From: Basidiobolus meristosporus CBS 931.73
Lineage: Eukaryota > Fungi > Basidiobolomycota
Assembly (NCBI GenBank): GCA_002104905.1
Contig: MCFE01000461.1
Coordinates: forward strand, 7,165-71,164
Direction of reading: 5' to 3'
Length of the DNA stretch: 64,000 nt
A model generated the notes under the pieces. The model saw only the letters and a list, made by a program, of their open reading frames with translations. It made no database searches and was not told where the DNA came from. Shown here piece after piece: positions 24,723 through 38,096 of this stretch (the first letter of the stretch is position 1; each line of letters begins with the position of its first letter). The position numbers were made by a program, and so were the translations under genes.

Positions 24723-27700
24723 ATGAAGCAAGAGGATCGAGAGAGTTTTCAAAAAGAATTATTAAAGCATTCGAGAGCCTTGAAGCTCCCTAAAGGAGGT
24801 AAAGTCGTTTTGACTAGATTTAGATTCTACTATTAACTTTCATACTAGATATTGACGAAAAATGGTTCGAGCGAACCGTTTTCGAGTTCGGCTATTTTGA
24901 AGTGGTAAATTCCTTCTCGAGCTGCTTTGAGTCTTTATACAGTGAGGCGAAACAGCTGGCATTATACGAGCGATACGTAGCGGACTTTTTGTTTATGATG
25001 GATCTGTCCAAATTCGAAGTATCTGCAGATCGCTTCATCATAGCCACAGGTAGGGTCTCTATTTTCCTTGATGATGAATAGCTTTGTACTAATTACTCAG
25101 TGGAAAACACCTGTGACCGAGCCAATACATATTACCTGGAAGCCCCTATCGCTATAGAGTGGAAACGCTCCACTCGTACCTTCCAGAATTTGCATACCTC
25201 AGTATGTCAGAGTATGACGGTAACAGACCCAATTTTGCAGTTAAATCAACGATTCAAGTGTATTCCGTATGGTGTCTCCATCACGATTGACTTAAATTTC
25301 CTTACTAATTTCTTCGATAGCCAAAGGGATATATTCAAGTTTTCAACGGACTGTATTCGCTCTTACGTTCCCAGACACTGGAGTAGGATTCTTGACAAGA
25401 ACTTTAACTTTTCAGACTCCTACTTCCATAAAATTACGCATGATGAGGTAAATATCTTTGATAGAAGCCCTCAAATTTTTTAATTTAACCATACTTTCAG
25501 CTTCAAATACCAGCTTTGCGATGCTTCAACGTAAACAATGCCCCATCTAAACTCATGGAAGGGTTGACAAGAATTATGAGTACTGCAGCGCTATATGATG
25601 TTCAGTGGCATAATCTAGAAGGAATGAGCTTAGAGCATAAGAAAAAGCCTTATAATTTGGTTGACTCATTCAAGTATTGTATAAATCCCGAGCCAAAGAG
25701 TGATAAGGGCTCCAATTGGGAGCAAATAGGTATGCTACACCTTGTCTATTAAGTAGTACGCCAGTGATATTGAATCGTTGCATAGATATACCGATTCTGC
25801 CATTGTTACAGTATTCTGAAAATATTACAAAGTTCTGCCCCGAGTACAGGTACTTGCCGTCGAACGACTCAGCATGGAGATCTTGACTAAGTCGTTATTA
25901 GGATACTTCATGTAGGCAGCTCACAACAGCTTGAAGGAATAGACGAAACCCAAATGTGCTACCAGCCAAGAATTAAATCAGCATTGGAGTCTTCTGAAAT
26001 TTTGTTTATGAAAATGAAGTTTACAGAAAATAAGAAATTCAAGGGTAAACTCTAAAGTGCTAAGTGACTCACAGAGGAGCTCAAAATTGACAGAAATTTC
26101 ATATTTTAGCTCCCTATCTTTCCGTTGATACCGGGCTAGTTGACACTCTCTGGGTGTTTGTTACATATGTCAACCAATATGTCAAACCATTCAGAGATAT
26201 CAAATCTACAGAGCTCTCCTTACGCTGGAATCCAATGCCAGACAATTTCTTCTCTATCGCTGCCTTGCATGAAGCACTATGGATCAAATTGGGCAAGGAA
26301 ATTGACATATTTGATCGGAAGACTATTAGAAATGCTACGTCACTTTCCAGCCAAATAGAAGCGGCCCGCTGTGATGATTTGAACTTTATTTCGAGTCATG
26401 GCAGTGGTTTCCTTTCTATGCCGAATCCGAATATTGCTCTGAGTGTTTTAAATTCAACCACAGCTGATGATAAGAGCCAGACTGAGGTCGAAAAAGCCAA
26501 CACGTTTGTTTTTATGGATGTGGATATTGACAAGCCCCAAGGGAAATCATCATTATCAAGTTCGGAATCAGAGTCTTGTAGGTACAAATTCTATAGTTTA
26601 TACTTCTTTATCTAATTCGGGCCATTAGTGGTCCAAAGAGAGCCACAACCAACGACTGAATATATTGATCAACTATTACACCTGCGCAAAAAAATAGGTA
26701 ACTTTTTGATTTGCTGTCACCCAAATGAATATTAAGTTTAGGACTTTGAAGTTTCCACCAGTGGCAAGAGTCGCAGCTTGAATGAAAACCCAGCCATTAA
26801 TAATAGTATAGGTTTTTGATACGGTTCAATTAGTTTTAAATCACTAACTTTACTGCCATTAGTCTTAGTCAATCGTCAAATAGAAAATATCCCTCAACAG
26901 CGTCATAGTATTTGGGAAGATTTTGAGATAAATTCTCAAATCTATAAATACATCTCTGATATAAAAATAATGTACAATCACGAGGTCGTGAAGTATTTGA
27001 CGACCGAATGTAAAATAGAACTCCTGGAGAGAGACCTAGGAAGTCTTATGGTTGGTGTCAATTCTAATTTATGCTCGCTGATCTAATCTATGTTTGGTAG
27101 TTGCCAAGTGAATCGGTAGAAGTGCCCTCACCATATTTTGAGGTGGATCTGATTCTGGATGAAGTAACCGCAATAGTGTACTACCCACTGATCAAATTGT
27201 CTCAAAAGAGCACTCAGGCGACAGGAGAAACGAGCAAAGCAATTACCATGTTTACACAAGCACTTATCAGTATGCGACACAAATACGAAAATGTATGGAT
27301 CATATTAGAAGGATACGTCAAAACCAAGCACTCGTATAATGACTAGTACGTGCCTACTGGTATAGCAAACAATTGGTTTTCTTAACCTTTATCCAAGCCT
27401 AGGGTTCGATCCCTTCGCACCTTACATACAAGAAGCAGTCACTGAGCTTCATGCCTTTGCCGCCTGCGCCCAGATCGCAATAGATGTCAATATTCAAATA
27501 GTGTATTCGTTTTCACCCCAAGATTCCGCTCGACTTGCACGCACGATAGGTGATATAACTCTAGCTAATGTTCCTCCATCGAAACCTAGCAGAAAACACC
27601 AGGTCTCCGATGGATGGCAGCTTAAAGAAGGTTGGCTATCTAGAGAATGGCTGTTTGAAGAGGAAAGCACGGTAAACTCAATTATCATCGTTCCATAAAC

Positions 27701-27992
27701 CAGCAGAGCAAAATAGTAATAGATGAATGTTCTAGCATGAGCGATTTCTCTCTAGTTTCATAGCGTTTAATAGATTTAGTACCCAAGCTACGTTAACTGT
27801 GACATCGCTTAGAAAGCTAGTTGATTTGAGTGTAGAGGAATTGGAGGCTCTACTTGAAGGATGGGTTTCAAAGCCACAACTGGTTTGTATTAATATGAAA
27901 TATTATCAATGTTTGGTTACTAACTTTACATCAAGACACTATTTTATCGCCATATTCACACTCCTTTGCAGGATAGTAATTTTGACACGTGA
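24723..27992 (+). pseudogene. SHOC1/Zip2-like XPF-domain meiotic crossover protein, ~14 exons, one frameshift (pseudogene or assembly error)
   Basis: GT-AG splicing gives a continuous frame except at 26949-26951; C-terminal CKIELLERD, VDLILDEVTAIVY, RHKYENVWIILEGY, WLSREWLFEEEST|HERFLSSF.AFNRF...SLRKLVDLSVEE resemble the SHOC1/Zip2 XPF-like and HhH2 region; start codon uncertain. Confidence 0.65.
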
Positions 27993-28094
27993 TTACTAAT
28001 CATACGCATTGTTAATATCAATTTTGTGAGGATACATAAAAAACTTGAGGTTTAAAACAATTGTGAAGCGAACTTCAGTAAACAAGCCTGACAA

Positions 28095-28643
28095 TTAGGT
28101 TTCGCTGGGAGAGGCAACCAGCAAAGGAAAATCACTTATGGACATCTCACCCAGACACACCACCCAGTCTTCACTGATTGAGTCTCCTTTGAGTAGATTT
28201 GGAAAATACTTTTCTACGTGCTGGTGAGATTCTTCGCCAACTTTCAGTTTAATGGTATGAAAGTGCAGGGCACTGTGAGGCATCTCAGTGGCAAGTCTAC
28301 GCTGAAATATCACATCATCGTAATCTGTAGTGAGTTCTACAGCATCTCCCACACCCAATGGCCGGAAAACATTTCTCAATGTTTCTTCCGTACTCTGTTC
28401 ATAATCTAGCATGGCAATGTCATAAAATAAGGAAGGTTGATCGGAGCTGAAGCAGCAACGATGGATTGTGGGTGGGTCGACTGCTCTGGTTCCTTTTAGG
28501 CCATACACTTTTCTTGTGCCAAACGAGGTTTCCGGAATGAAATGCCCATAAAACCAACCACTAATGTTTGCTTCAACTCCGCCACTGGCGCACTCGACTA
28601 TTTCGGAGGGAAAGCAAATATGAGCATAACCAGTTATTTTCAT
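28095..28643 (-). CDS. Hypothetical protein, 182 aa, intronless
   Basis: ATG-initiated ORF with globular-protein composition, convergent with the SHOC1-like gene; no motif recognised. Confidence 0.5.
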   Translation of the reverse strand: MKITGYAHICFPSEIVECASGGVEANISGWFYGHFIPETSFGTRKVYGLKGTRAVDPPTIHRCCFSSDQPSLFYDIAMLDYEQSTEETLRNVFRPLGVGDAVELTTDYDDVIFQRRLATEMPHSALHFHTIKLKVGEESHQHVEKYFPNLLKGDSISEDWVVCLGEMSISDFPLLVASPSET

Positions 28644-29167
28644 TACGGAGAAGAGATGGGGTGAACATCAAACTGTGGACGAGCAAAATAGTGATTACCA
28701 TGTTTATTTCATCACGTTTTTGAATCGTCCAATAGGATGGTCGATACTAGCGACTAACAAACTCCTCTCATCAGTGGGGGAGATCAGGCATTAATATACT
28801 TGTACTACCTGAATTAGAGTGGATTCGGTACCATGACAACCTCTCCAGGTCCGACGCCGCCAAGGCATAATCACATCCCTGCTTTCCTCAGAATATTGAC
28901 AGTAACACCTGTGTTTAATGTTGCACTCTTGGCACCGTAGAAATGATGATGGCAGTTGAGTCGAGGGGTGAGTACACCCCTAGGTGAACGATCGATATTT
29001 CGACGAGTGGTTTTAGGATTTATATGCTTGGATAAGTATTAGCTCAGGAGCGAGTCATGGATAATGGACAGGTTGTTGATGAGGACGAACTCGAGTAATT
29101 CAATGCCTCTGAGGATGCGAGAACATTTTCCTATTCGAGAAAGGATAGAATGATAGTGGTATATAGT

Positions 29168-30112
29168 TTACATAATATTACTGAACCGTCTGGCTTTGTC
29201 TGCTCTTAGAGATTTGGCCCGATTGCCAAGCTTCGGTGGTGGGCTCATAAACGAAAACTTCCCATTAAGTGCTACGGACAGGTCGGACTTGGTTGGTGTA
29301 GTGGGGGTGGTTGGCTGGATGGGTGAATTGGATCTTGAGGAAGTCAGTAAAGGAGTGATCAAACTACGAGAACTCGCCAATCGTCCCTCCAAGGTTTTAA
29401 CTCGTTCCATGATTTCCTGAACCATAGCCACTGGGTTGTTCGCCTTCTGTGGTAAGGATGACTCAGACAGGTTGTTGAGGAGCGAGGGCTTCTTGGTGAG
29501 CTGAGGGAATGGAATCCGGGAGAGTGTCGGCGAGGGCGGTGGCAAACTTCCACCACGTGAACGAAGAATTTCCAACTCGGTTTGGAGATCTTTCAGCTCG
29601 TCTTTTAGACGCTGCACCTCCTCAATGAGCCGATTCTTGACCTCAGTCTCATGCTCCAGCTTAATCTTCCATTCGACGGCCTTGTTGAGATGCTCCTCTA
29701 AATCCTCAATACTGGTCTGAGCCCTTCTACCATAGGTTTCAAGATCATCGTTGTTCTGCTCCAGCTCCCTATTTCTCTTTTTGTACAGCTCGTAAGCCTG
29801 TCTTAGTGTATCGATTTCCTTTTGCATTGTATTGATCGTGTGGTTGGCATCCAGCTTGGAATCCTGATACTTCTGACGCAACGAGCCCAGCTCAAGCTTC
29901 ATTGTCTGATACTTGTGGTTCAACTCTCTGTTGGCCAGTTCGGAGTTGGTGAGCTCTTTCTCCAGCTCCTCTTCTAATTCCCGTGAAGACTCCTGAAAAT
30001 CCTCCAGCGTCTCTCGGGTCTCGGTCAACTTGAGCTCCAGATGCAGAGATCTGTCCTTCCAGTACCTGATCTCCTCTTCGACGGAAGAAAACTCAGGAAG
30101 CTCCGAAGTCAT
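29168..30112 (-). CDS. nudE: NudE/NDE1-NDEL1 dynein regulator, 314 aa
   Basis: FSSVEEEIRYWK...LEDFQESSRELEEELEKEL N-terminus, long coiled coil, Ser/Pro-rich tail. Confidence 0.93.
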   Translation of the reverse strand: MTSELPEFSSVEEEIRYWKDRSLHLELKLTETRETLEDFQESSRELEEELEKELTNSELANRELNHKYQTMKLELGSLRQKYQDSKLDANHTINTMQKEIDTLRQAYELYKKRNRELEQNNDDLETYGRRAQTSIEDLEEHLNKAVEWKIKLEHETEVKNRLIEEVQRLKDELKDLQTELEILRSRGGSLPPPSPTLSRIPFPQLTKKPSLLNNLSESSLPQKANNPVAMVQEIMERVKTLEGRLASSRSLITPLLTSSRSNSPIQPTTPTTPTKSDLSVALNGKFSFMSPPPKLGNRAKSLRADKARRFSNIM

Positions 30113-31315
30113 CAGTGTCGGTGATTGTGCTTATCCTCGTGACTCTTTGGCAACCAGAATGTGTGTACTTGGTAACTTCTGGGAAGTGAACAGAAACACT
30201 GGCTCTAGGCTAGCGAAGGGAGGGAAGGGATAAGGGTAGAGCAAGGAACTGGACGCGGTACAAATAGAGCGTCTCGGGTGAAACCAGGGTAAAGCCCTAA
30301 GAGAGAATTGAGCAGCCCTTCGGGATGCTGGTTTTTTGTCAATGCCACCAGAAGATCACCAGTTTTTTATTCATCTCAGCTTTCATCTATCAGCATGAAA
30401 TCAATGTTTCAACCGACCCGTCAAGCCTTAATTGTTATTGTTGTGCTTGGGAAATTTACGTTTCGATCATTAGCTCGCACATCACCTACCCCTGTCGGAA
30501 CGGCCATTAAAGGGCTAAGGAATCGGCCGCACCATTCCTACGGCGCAGAGCGGTCCCTTTCCAAGCCCATAAGCCAGATAGCTAGGTATGGGCCCGTACG
30601 AGATGGATTGGCACTTATGCATGTGGGTTGCGTAGACCACCTTTTCCTCAGCCGAAGGAAACCAGATGGGGAATCTGGATAGCTAGTCGATCCGCATATC
30701 ACGATGAGTGTGGGATTCTGGGAAATCCGAGACGGGTCTGTATTTGGTTAATTTGGACGTTCTGCTCGGACATGGCTGTGTTGTGGATCCAGCCTGGCTG
30801 CGTTACACAACGACCGTTACCAGTGCCCAGACGGAAGCAGAGCTATGGCTAACTTGCGGCTGTCAGTCTGAGCCTGTCGACCAGTGGAGCCTTGGACAAT
30901 CAGCACCCGAGTCGTGGGATGAAATTCTATTGTGAACATCGGTGTCATGACGGACGATGGAGCCAACAGAAGGCCGGGTGGGCTATACCGGTGTCTGGAA
31001 TTCAGGGATGGCCTCTCGATTTGAATCAGTTTTAAGTACATCTCATGGGCATTGTTGATTTTCAGAGCGATTCTTTGCTGTTTCAAATAAATCTTTCAAA
31101 GATTTCAAACTTTCGTTTGATTGCTGGATCCTTATCCTAGCCCCATTGTGGCACATGCAAATCAAATGCCTTGATAGGGCTCCAAGGGATATTTTCGTCT
31201 CAAAAGGAGAGCCGCACCCCATAAATATTTCCGCCGCTCCCTTGCTTCCCGCTCATCTCGCCTTCTTCCTCAGTCACACCCGCCCTGGAGCATTCTTGTT
31301 TGGTTTCTGCTGAAG

Positions 31316-32377
31316 ATGAGAGGTTATTGTGTGCTAGCGTTGTTGCTGACCTTCACAGTCCATGCGTCCATGGTGCAAGCTCATGCTGGACATGACCACG
31401 ATCACGAACCACTCGAGAGTCAGCCGATGCAAGAGGATCACCGAGGCACCCTTGCGGCGGGAAATGTGGGACTGGCTTTTGGGCTGGCTGCGATTGGTGG
31501 GGCGTGCAGTGCTATAGGCTCGCTGCTACCTTTCCTGGACGATCTAGCGGTGAGGATGGGATGGGCATTTAGAATCACCAATTCCCCAAGCTTCTTGGCC
31601 AGATCGTTTGGGTTTTCGTCGGGCGTGTTGCTGTTTCTGACATTGGGTGACTTGTTGCCAGAGGCCGTCGAGGGATACAGGAGCTCAGGCTCGATCCCAC
31701 CAAAGCATGCATCCCTCCTTGCCACCGCGGTGTTCATCGCCGGCGTGTTGATTGTCATGGCGGCGAAAAAAGTGGCCGGCCAGCGTATGGGCCACCACCA
31801 TCACAAGATCGAGGCTGACGGCCCCAGCCCCATCGCTGAGCATCAGGTGATAGAAATGAAGGAGCCCGGGAGGAGTGTGGAGCACTCTACTCAGCCGAGT
31901 ATGCACGACCACGCCGACTTCAAGACGCTTGGCTGGCAGATCGCCTGCGCCCTGGCAATCCACAATTTCCCAGAGGGTTTGGCCACCTTTACCACCACGC
32001 TCGCGTCGACGAAGATTGGCGTCATGTTCGGCATCGCCCTGGCGCTCCACAAATTCCCCGAAGGCATGATGATCGTGCTGCCTATCTACTACGCAACCAA
32101 TTCCCGCTGGATCAGCTTTCTTATAGCAGCAGGCGTTGGGATCAGCATCCAGCTGCTAGGCGCGCTGCTGGGGTACGTGCTGTTTGTGACCTACTGGAAC
32201 CAGGCAATCAGCGCCACCTTGCTGGCTATGGCTTCGGGCGTGCTTCTGTTCACAGTGATCAATGGCATGCTCCCGCTGGCCAGAAAATACGATCCGGGAG
32301 ACAGGCACGTCACCTTGTGGACCTTCCTTGGTCTATGGTTCTTCGCCATCGTAGCAGCCCTATTTAGCTATGCGTAG
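31316..32377 (+). CDS. ZIP family (ZupT/GufA-like) divalent metal transporter, 353 aa
   Basis: Signal-peptide-like N-terminus, HAGHDHDH, His-rich loop, ALAIHNFPEG and ALHKFPEG motifs. Confidence 0.92.
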   Translation: MRGYCVLALLLTFTVHASMVQAHAGHDHDHEPLESQPMQEDHRGTLAAGNVGLAFGLAAIGGACSAIGSLLPFLDDLAVRMGWAFRITNSPSFLARSFGFSSGVLLFLTLGDLLPEAVEGYRSSGSIPPKHASLLATAVFIAGVLIVMAAKKVAGQRMGHHHHKIEADGPSPIAEHQVIEMKEPGRSVEHSTQPSMHDHADFKTLGWQIACALAIHNFPEGLATFTTTLASTKIGVMFGIALALHKFPEGMMIVLPIYYATNSRWISFLIAAGVGISIQLLGALLGYVLFVTYWNQAISATLLAMASGVLLFTVINGMLPLARKYDPGDRHVTLWTFLGLWFFAIVAALFSYA

Positions 32378-33364
32378 TGGCGTCCTGGGCACCACTCGAC
32401 GGATGCTCGCCAGGGATGTTGCCTGCTGCCAGCAGAGAGGAGACCAATACAGTGCGGTTAAAGTTCAGAGGTGTAGCCAGAAAGAAAGGGTAATAAAGAC
32501 ATCTGCCACACTGCATGTTCTCAACAAGCAGCCACACCTGATGCATCCATCTAGCCTAGTGTCATCCACATCTCCGTGGCCCAGCCCACCACCATACCTC
32601 TCACTGAACCACCCAACCAATAAATTGGATGCGCGTCGGGGCGCATGCACGTTGAAACGATCCTCAACCAGAGCTGCTACATGGTTTGGCATGCAGGTGC
32701 GGTGGATGTTCGGATTGGTGTGCCCGCACACCTCAGGGACACAGGATGACAAACCTCATCGACGGGCCGCTTGGCGGTGATGGGTGTGGATGTTTGGCAA
32801 GGAATTCATGGGCTATTCAACGACGAAGTGTGGCCATTCGAGCAGCATTGTGTAACCATCGGATCAGACAAATTCCCTGAGGGCTAGGTCGTCTCATATG
32901 GTCAGGTGCGTGGTTGTGGGCTTGGGGCACCCTATGAGCGCCGACGAAGACTCTACAGGGATCTGTCGCATCTACACAGCATGATGAAACCCTGCCGTTT
33001 CGTCAGATGTCCGCCCCGTTCTGCGCTGCCAACCCACCCCAAACCAAATGCGATCGGCTTGCACATCCACGATCTGCCTCGCTCGTCGACCCATCTACTA
33101 ATTGTTGGGCACCCATGTTCATGGCCGGATACGGGAGATCGAATATAGCTTGATAGAGATAAAAGAGCCAATCACTCGCCCCCGCGGTCGCCAGCCATCG
33201 ACTATGACGTCTGTAATCTCCAGCAACCTCATCACATTCAGGCCCAATTGAATCAATCATCAGCGACGGATAAATTAGGGAAGAGCAAACCGGGATCTAG
33301 CAAATTTTACGGACCTCATGAATGAAGGAAATTGGCGCTAAATGGGATTGTCGCATTGGGGACT

Positions 33365-33474
33365 GGAATTGGAATGGGAATGGGAATGGGAATGGGAATG
33401 GGAATGGGAATTGAAATTGGAATGGGAACAGGAATGAAAATGGCAATGGCGATGGCGATGGCGATGGCGATGGG
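33365..33474 (+). repeat. Compound hexamer microsatellite (GGGAAT)n grading into (GGCGAT)n
   Basis: Direct reading; six consecutive GGG tracts 33376-33408. Confidence 0.9.
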
Positions 33475-33814
33475 ATTCACCAGAGATTTAGGTTTTGGAC
33501 AGCCATCCTCATTGAACCATCCTGGGTGGTTAATTAAATGTTAAATAAATGATGCAATTCTAGGGTGTCGATGTACTAGTTCCCTACCATATTGGCGCCT
33601 GCTTCCATGTGTATTATCCTTAATGCAGATTTTTTTGGCCGGATGTTTCGTTATTGTTTTATTGGCCGTGGGCATTCCTTCTTTGTTTCCTTACCCAAAA
33701 ATTCAGCTGAACCTTGGTCCCACTTCCTTACCCTTTGACTAGTTCCCGCTCCCCATTGGACATTTATTTCTTTCATCCCGGCTCATCTCCACCCCCTTTC
33801 TTCCTAAAAGCAAG

Positions 33815-34826
<1,012 letters not shown>

Positions 34827-37800
34827 ATCGCCAGCGGGGAACGTCCCGGGAGTCCCCGATGACTTGGTCGACCTTCATAGACCGTAGCCCGTTTAACAAC
34901 GCACAATTTTGCAAATTTACTTCGCATCCACTTGTCTTGGACACCACGCACATCATACTTCTTAACGTTAATGCTTACCTAAATCCAATTAATACCACTT
35001 CACTCACCTGACGATCCATTCAAATGTAGATAGCCTCTTTTCATTTAAACCAGTGTGACCGACTAGATTCTAAATCTTATTAAAGCTTAAAATTCGATTT
35101 TGAAACCACGCCGTGACCACCCACCGACATTCTCTCGTCTCCGTCGCCGTGGGCTGTGGCGCGTTCTGCCAGAGCTCAGCCGTGGAGATGAGGCGAGCCT
35201 TGATGCGACCAATGCCAATGGGGGGATGCGTGCGGCAACCGAAGCTAAGGTCACCCAATGTGTAGGGGAATGATCCGACGTTGCGGGATCCATTCGACCC
35301 GTCTGTGGTTTCCGGAAGGGGCGGGGGAGATATTCCGGTAGGTTCCCAACATTATCCTTGCTCCTTTCTGCCTTTGGCAGCGCACTACCGGCCCCACTCC
35401 ATCCGAATTCCCAGTTCCACGGTCAACTGGCAATAGGGCCCATTCGGCCATGGACTCTGATTGAGTGAGACAATCGGGAGACATTGAATTGATTCCAGGC
35501 CTCTGGAAAGCTCAGGCTGGACCGAAGATCCTTGATCGCCCACCAGTGGACTGGATGGGATGTACCAGTGGGATGGGTGGAATCGGGTGGGGTGAATCTC
35601 TGCATCTTGTACCCAGCGCGATTTTCAACCACCTGTCGAACCTCGTATCAATAAACCCCATAGCAGGCCCGGTCCCAGATCCAAGAGTTACGATGCACCT
35701 CTTTTCTGGGGGGATGTCCGTTGAAACGGGTCCCGTGGCCATCCCTCGGTTCGGTGGGCGAAGGCCAATTCGGGATGCATGCGTCACCCATCGAGCAAGT
35801 GCCCTCGATGGTGGGCCAGTATTTCGATCAGAACGTCAGCAATGGCCGATCTGGCGGGGGCCCTGCGACCTCCCTGGCCCACTGGCGGCAGGCTCAAGCG
35901 GATCGCTGGCGCTGTAGGCCACAATCGGCAGGAAGGGTCCACATCTTCAGTGTTTCCCACAGTGTCTATGCAGACCAGCAGTCTGCGCTTGCATGGCTTC
36001 ATCCAATCATCCCCTCCGCACACTATCTTCACAGAAACCCTTCTCATCGTGCCGTGCCGATGCAACCCTAACCCGCATAATCGATTGCATACGGTTCTAG
36101 TGGCCAAGGCACCCAGAACAACCCAAGATTCGTTAGGGGACTGTCTATCAGTCTGGTCGGCCTAGTGGTAGACACCGACTGCCTCAGTGCGAGACACCCA
36201 TCTGGTGGGAGGAACACTGAAATGATCATTCCAGATATGCATTGATGATCCTTCCCATCCCTGGTTGATCATGCATCCTCTTCATATGCTGGATTCCCAA
36301 TGGCTGCTCAAAGCGCCAATTCCAGACAGGTATTCGTTGCCGGAGACATTAAAATCCCTCTAAGGTGCATAGATGCTGGACTCAAATCGGCCCTTTGAGG
36401 AGAGATTCATTTTAATTGACGGTTGCGACGGTTTTGCGCCGTCCACGTAGGGGGATCCATCCTCTCAAAAAGATGGGAGGGATCCGTGGATTCCATACGA
36501 ATAGTGTGTGCGATGGTCGGGTTAACCCGTCCCCCTAAGACCGTCGGCGAGATCAGATCTGAGAGATTCAAATGCATCTGATATGGTGAGAAGGGATCCA
36601 TTTATCCCATTTCCATCGCACCTCAGCATGCATGGCTGGGCTCCAAACTACATTGGGTTCTCATCCAAAGCGGGTGGCCAAGGGAGGGCTGATCATGTGG
36701 TCGTGCCCGATGTGTGCGTGATATGGTCGCTCAGCTATCCTCACTGATCGCAAGGGCTGGATGCACGATCTATGAAAAACAAATCACTCTGAAACAAGCC
36801 CTACCGGAGCGAAGAGCTGTGAACCTTTCCCCAGAGGCCATTGATCCAATTCTAGACTAGTGTATCATACTCATTCTCCCTGGTAAATGAGAAAGCACAA
36901 CCATGCAAGGGAATTAGACGGGTGGAAGACGCTTGACATTGGCTTGAGGTGATATTGGGTCATCCAGCCCCACCAGTCAGAGCAGCTGGAGTCCCTGAGA
37001 GCAATGAAGCGATTAGCACCCGGAATGTAGAGCGCTACGCATGCTGCGAAGCGATGCCCGATGGGAGTCCAGGGTAATGGCTCTTCGTCGCGAGTTGGCG
37101 TTGGTGGCTGCGGCGGAGATGGGTTCATCGCTCGCACAGTGGCAATCGCTCCTCACTTGGACCACCGCACCCTTGGCCAGTTGGACGGCAGTAGGACCAC
37201 CTGAGGGCCATTGTTCACCAATGTGGCCCTAAACGGGGATCGGCCAAAGTCCAGTTGTTGATCAATCTGGCAGGGGGCATGTGCCAGGATTTACCTCGCA
37301 CAACCAACCAGGTAAGTGCAGAGATTTGTCAGCAGCTTGACCTGCCAAAAACACTCGCCAACAAGACCCCAATACTGATCTGTCCTAGATGTGAAGTCGA
37401 TCATGAACCGCTGGGTGATCAGCCAACCGCGTTGTGGAATTCCTTGGTGCTGTACAATGATGATGGTGGTATTCAGTCTGGGTGTTGGGATATGAGGCGA
37501 TGTGTCTTATCCCTGGATCTCGGTATCACACCGTTCAAGTATCAATGTGAAACGCAACTCTACAGCACTCCTGAAAAGATCACTACAACCAGGCGTTCAG
37601 CACCTCTACTGGCAGCCAGAGCTGCTATCCGCGTCCATCGGCCTTCAAGAAACAGTGTCGTTTCACGTTCGCAGTGGGGGATTTCGTAGAATCGGATGAA
37701 ATTGACCACCTCTTCGCGGGGTTTCATGATCCATGGAGCCAACGGCTCGCACCGGTTAACATTCTTCGATTTCTATCAACTCCACAATTTCCTGGATTCA

Positions 37801-38096
37801 TGAGGGAATTGTTTCGAAAATCGTGGGTCATCTGGTCCAGATGATCTCCAGCTAGCTGTGGGTTCACTTTGCGGGGAGAATCGATGCCTCTGGATTGGCG
37901 TATGTATTCGTCCAGTCAACCTGCATCATTTTCTCTAGCTCCCTAGGGAGATTGAGATTTCACAGCACATCCATCTCCGTAGCCTCATTATAAATGGTGA
38001 CGCGCGCTCGCTGGTGATGACAAGTATTTAGACCAACTTCCTCTTGTGTGCATCCACCCTGGCCTTCTTGATAGTTGTCTCTTCACCTGTTATCCT

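Noticed and set aside
33332-33544. ORF with GM/AM dipeptide repeats
   Set aside because: TTG start; simply the translation of the microsatellite.
35070-37742. Many overlapping 60-150 aa ORFs on both strands
   Set aside because: No motifs and mutually overlapping; expected by chance in ~50% GC DNA.
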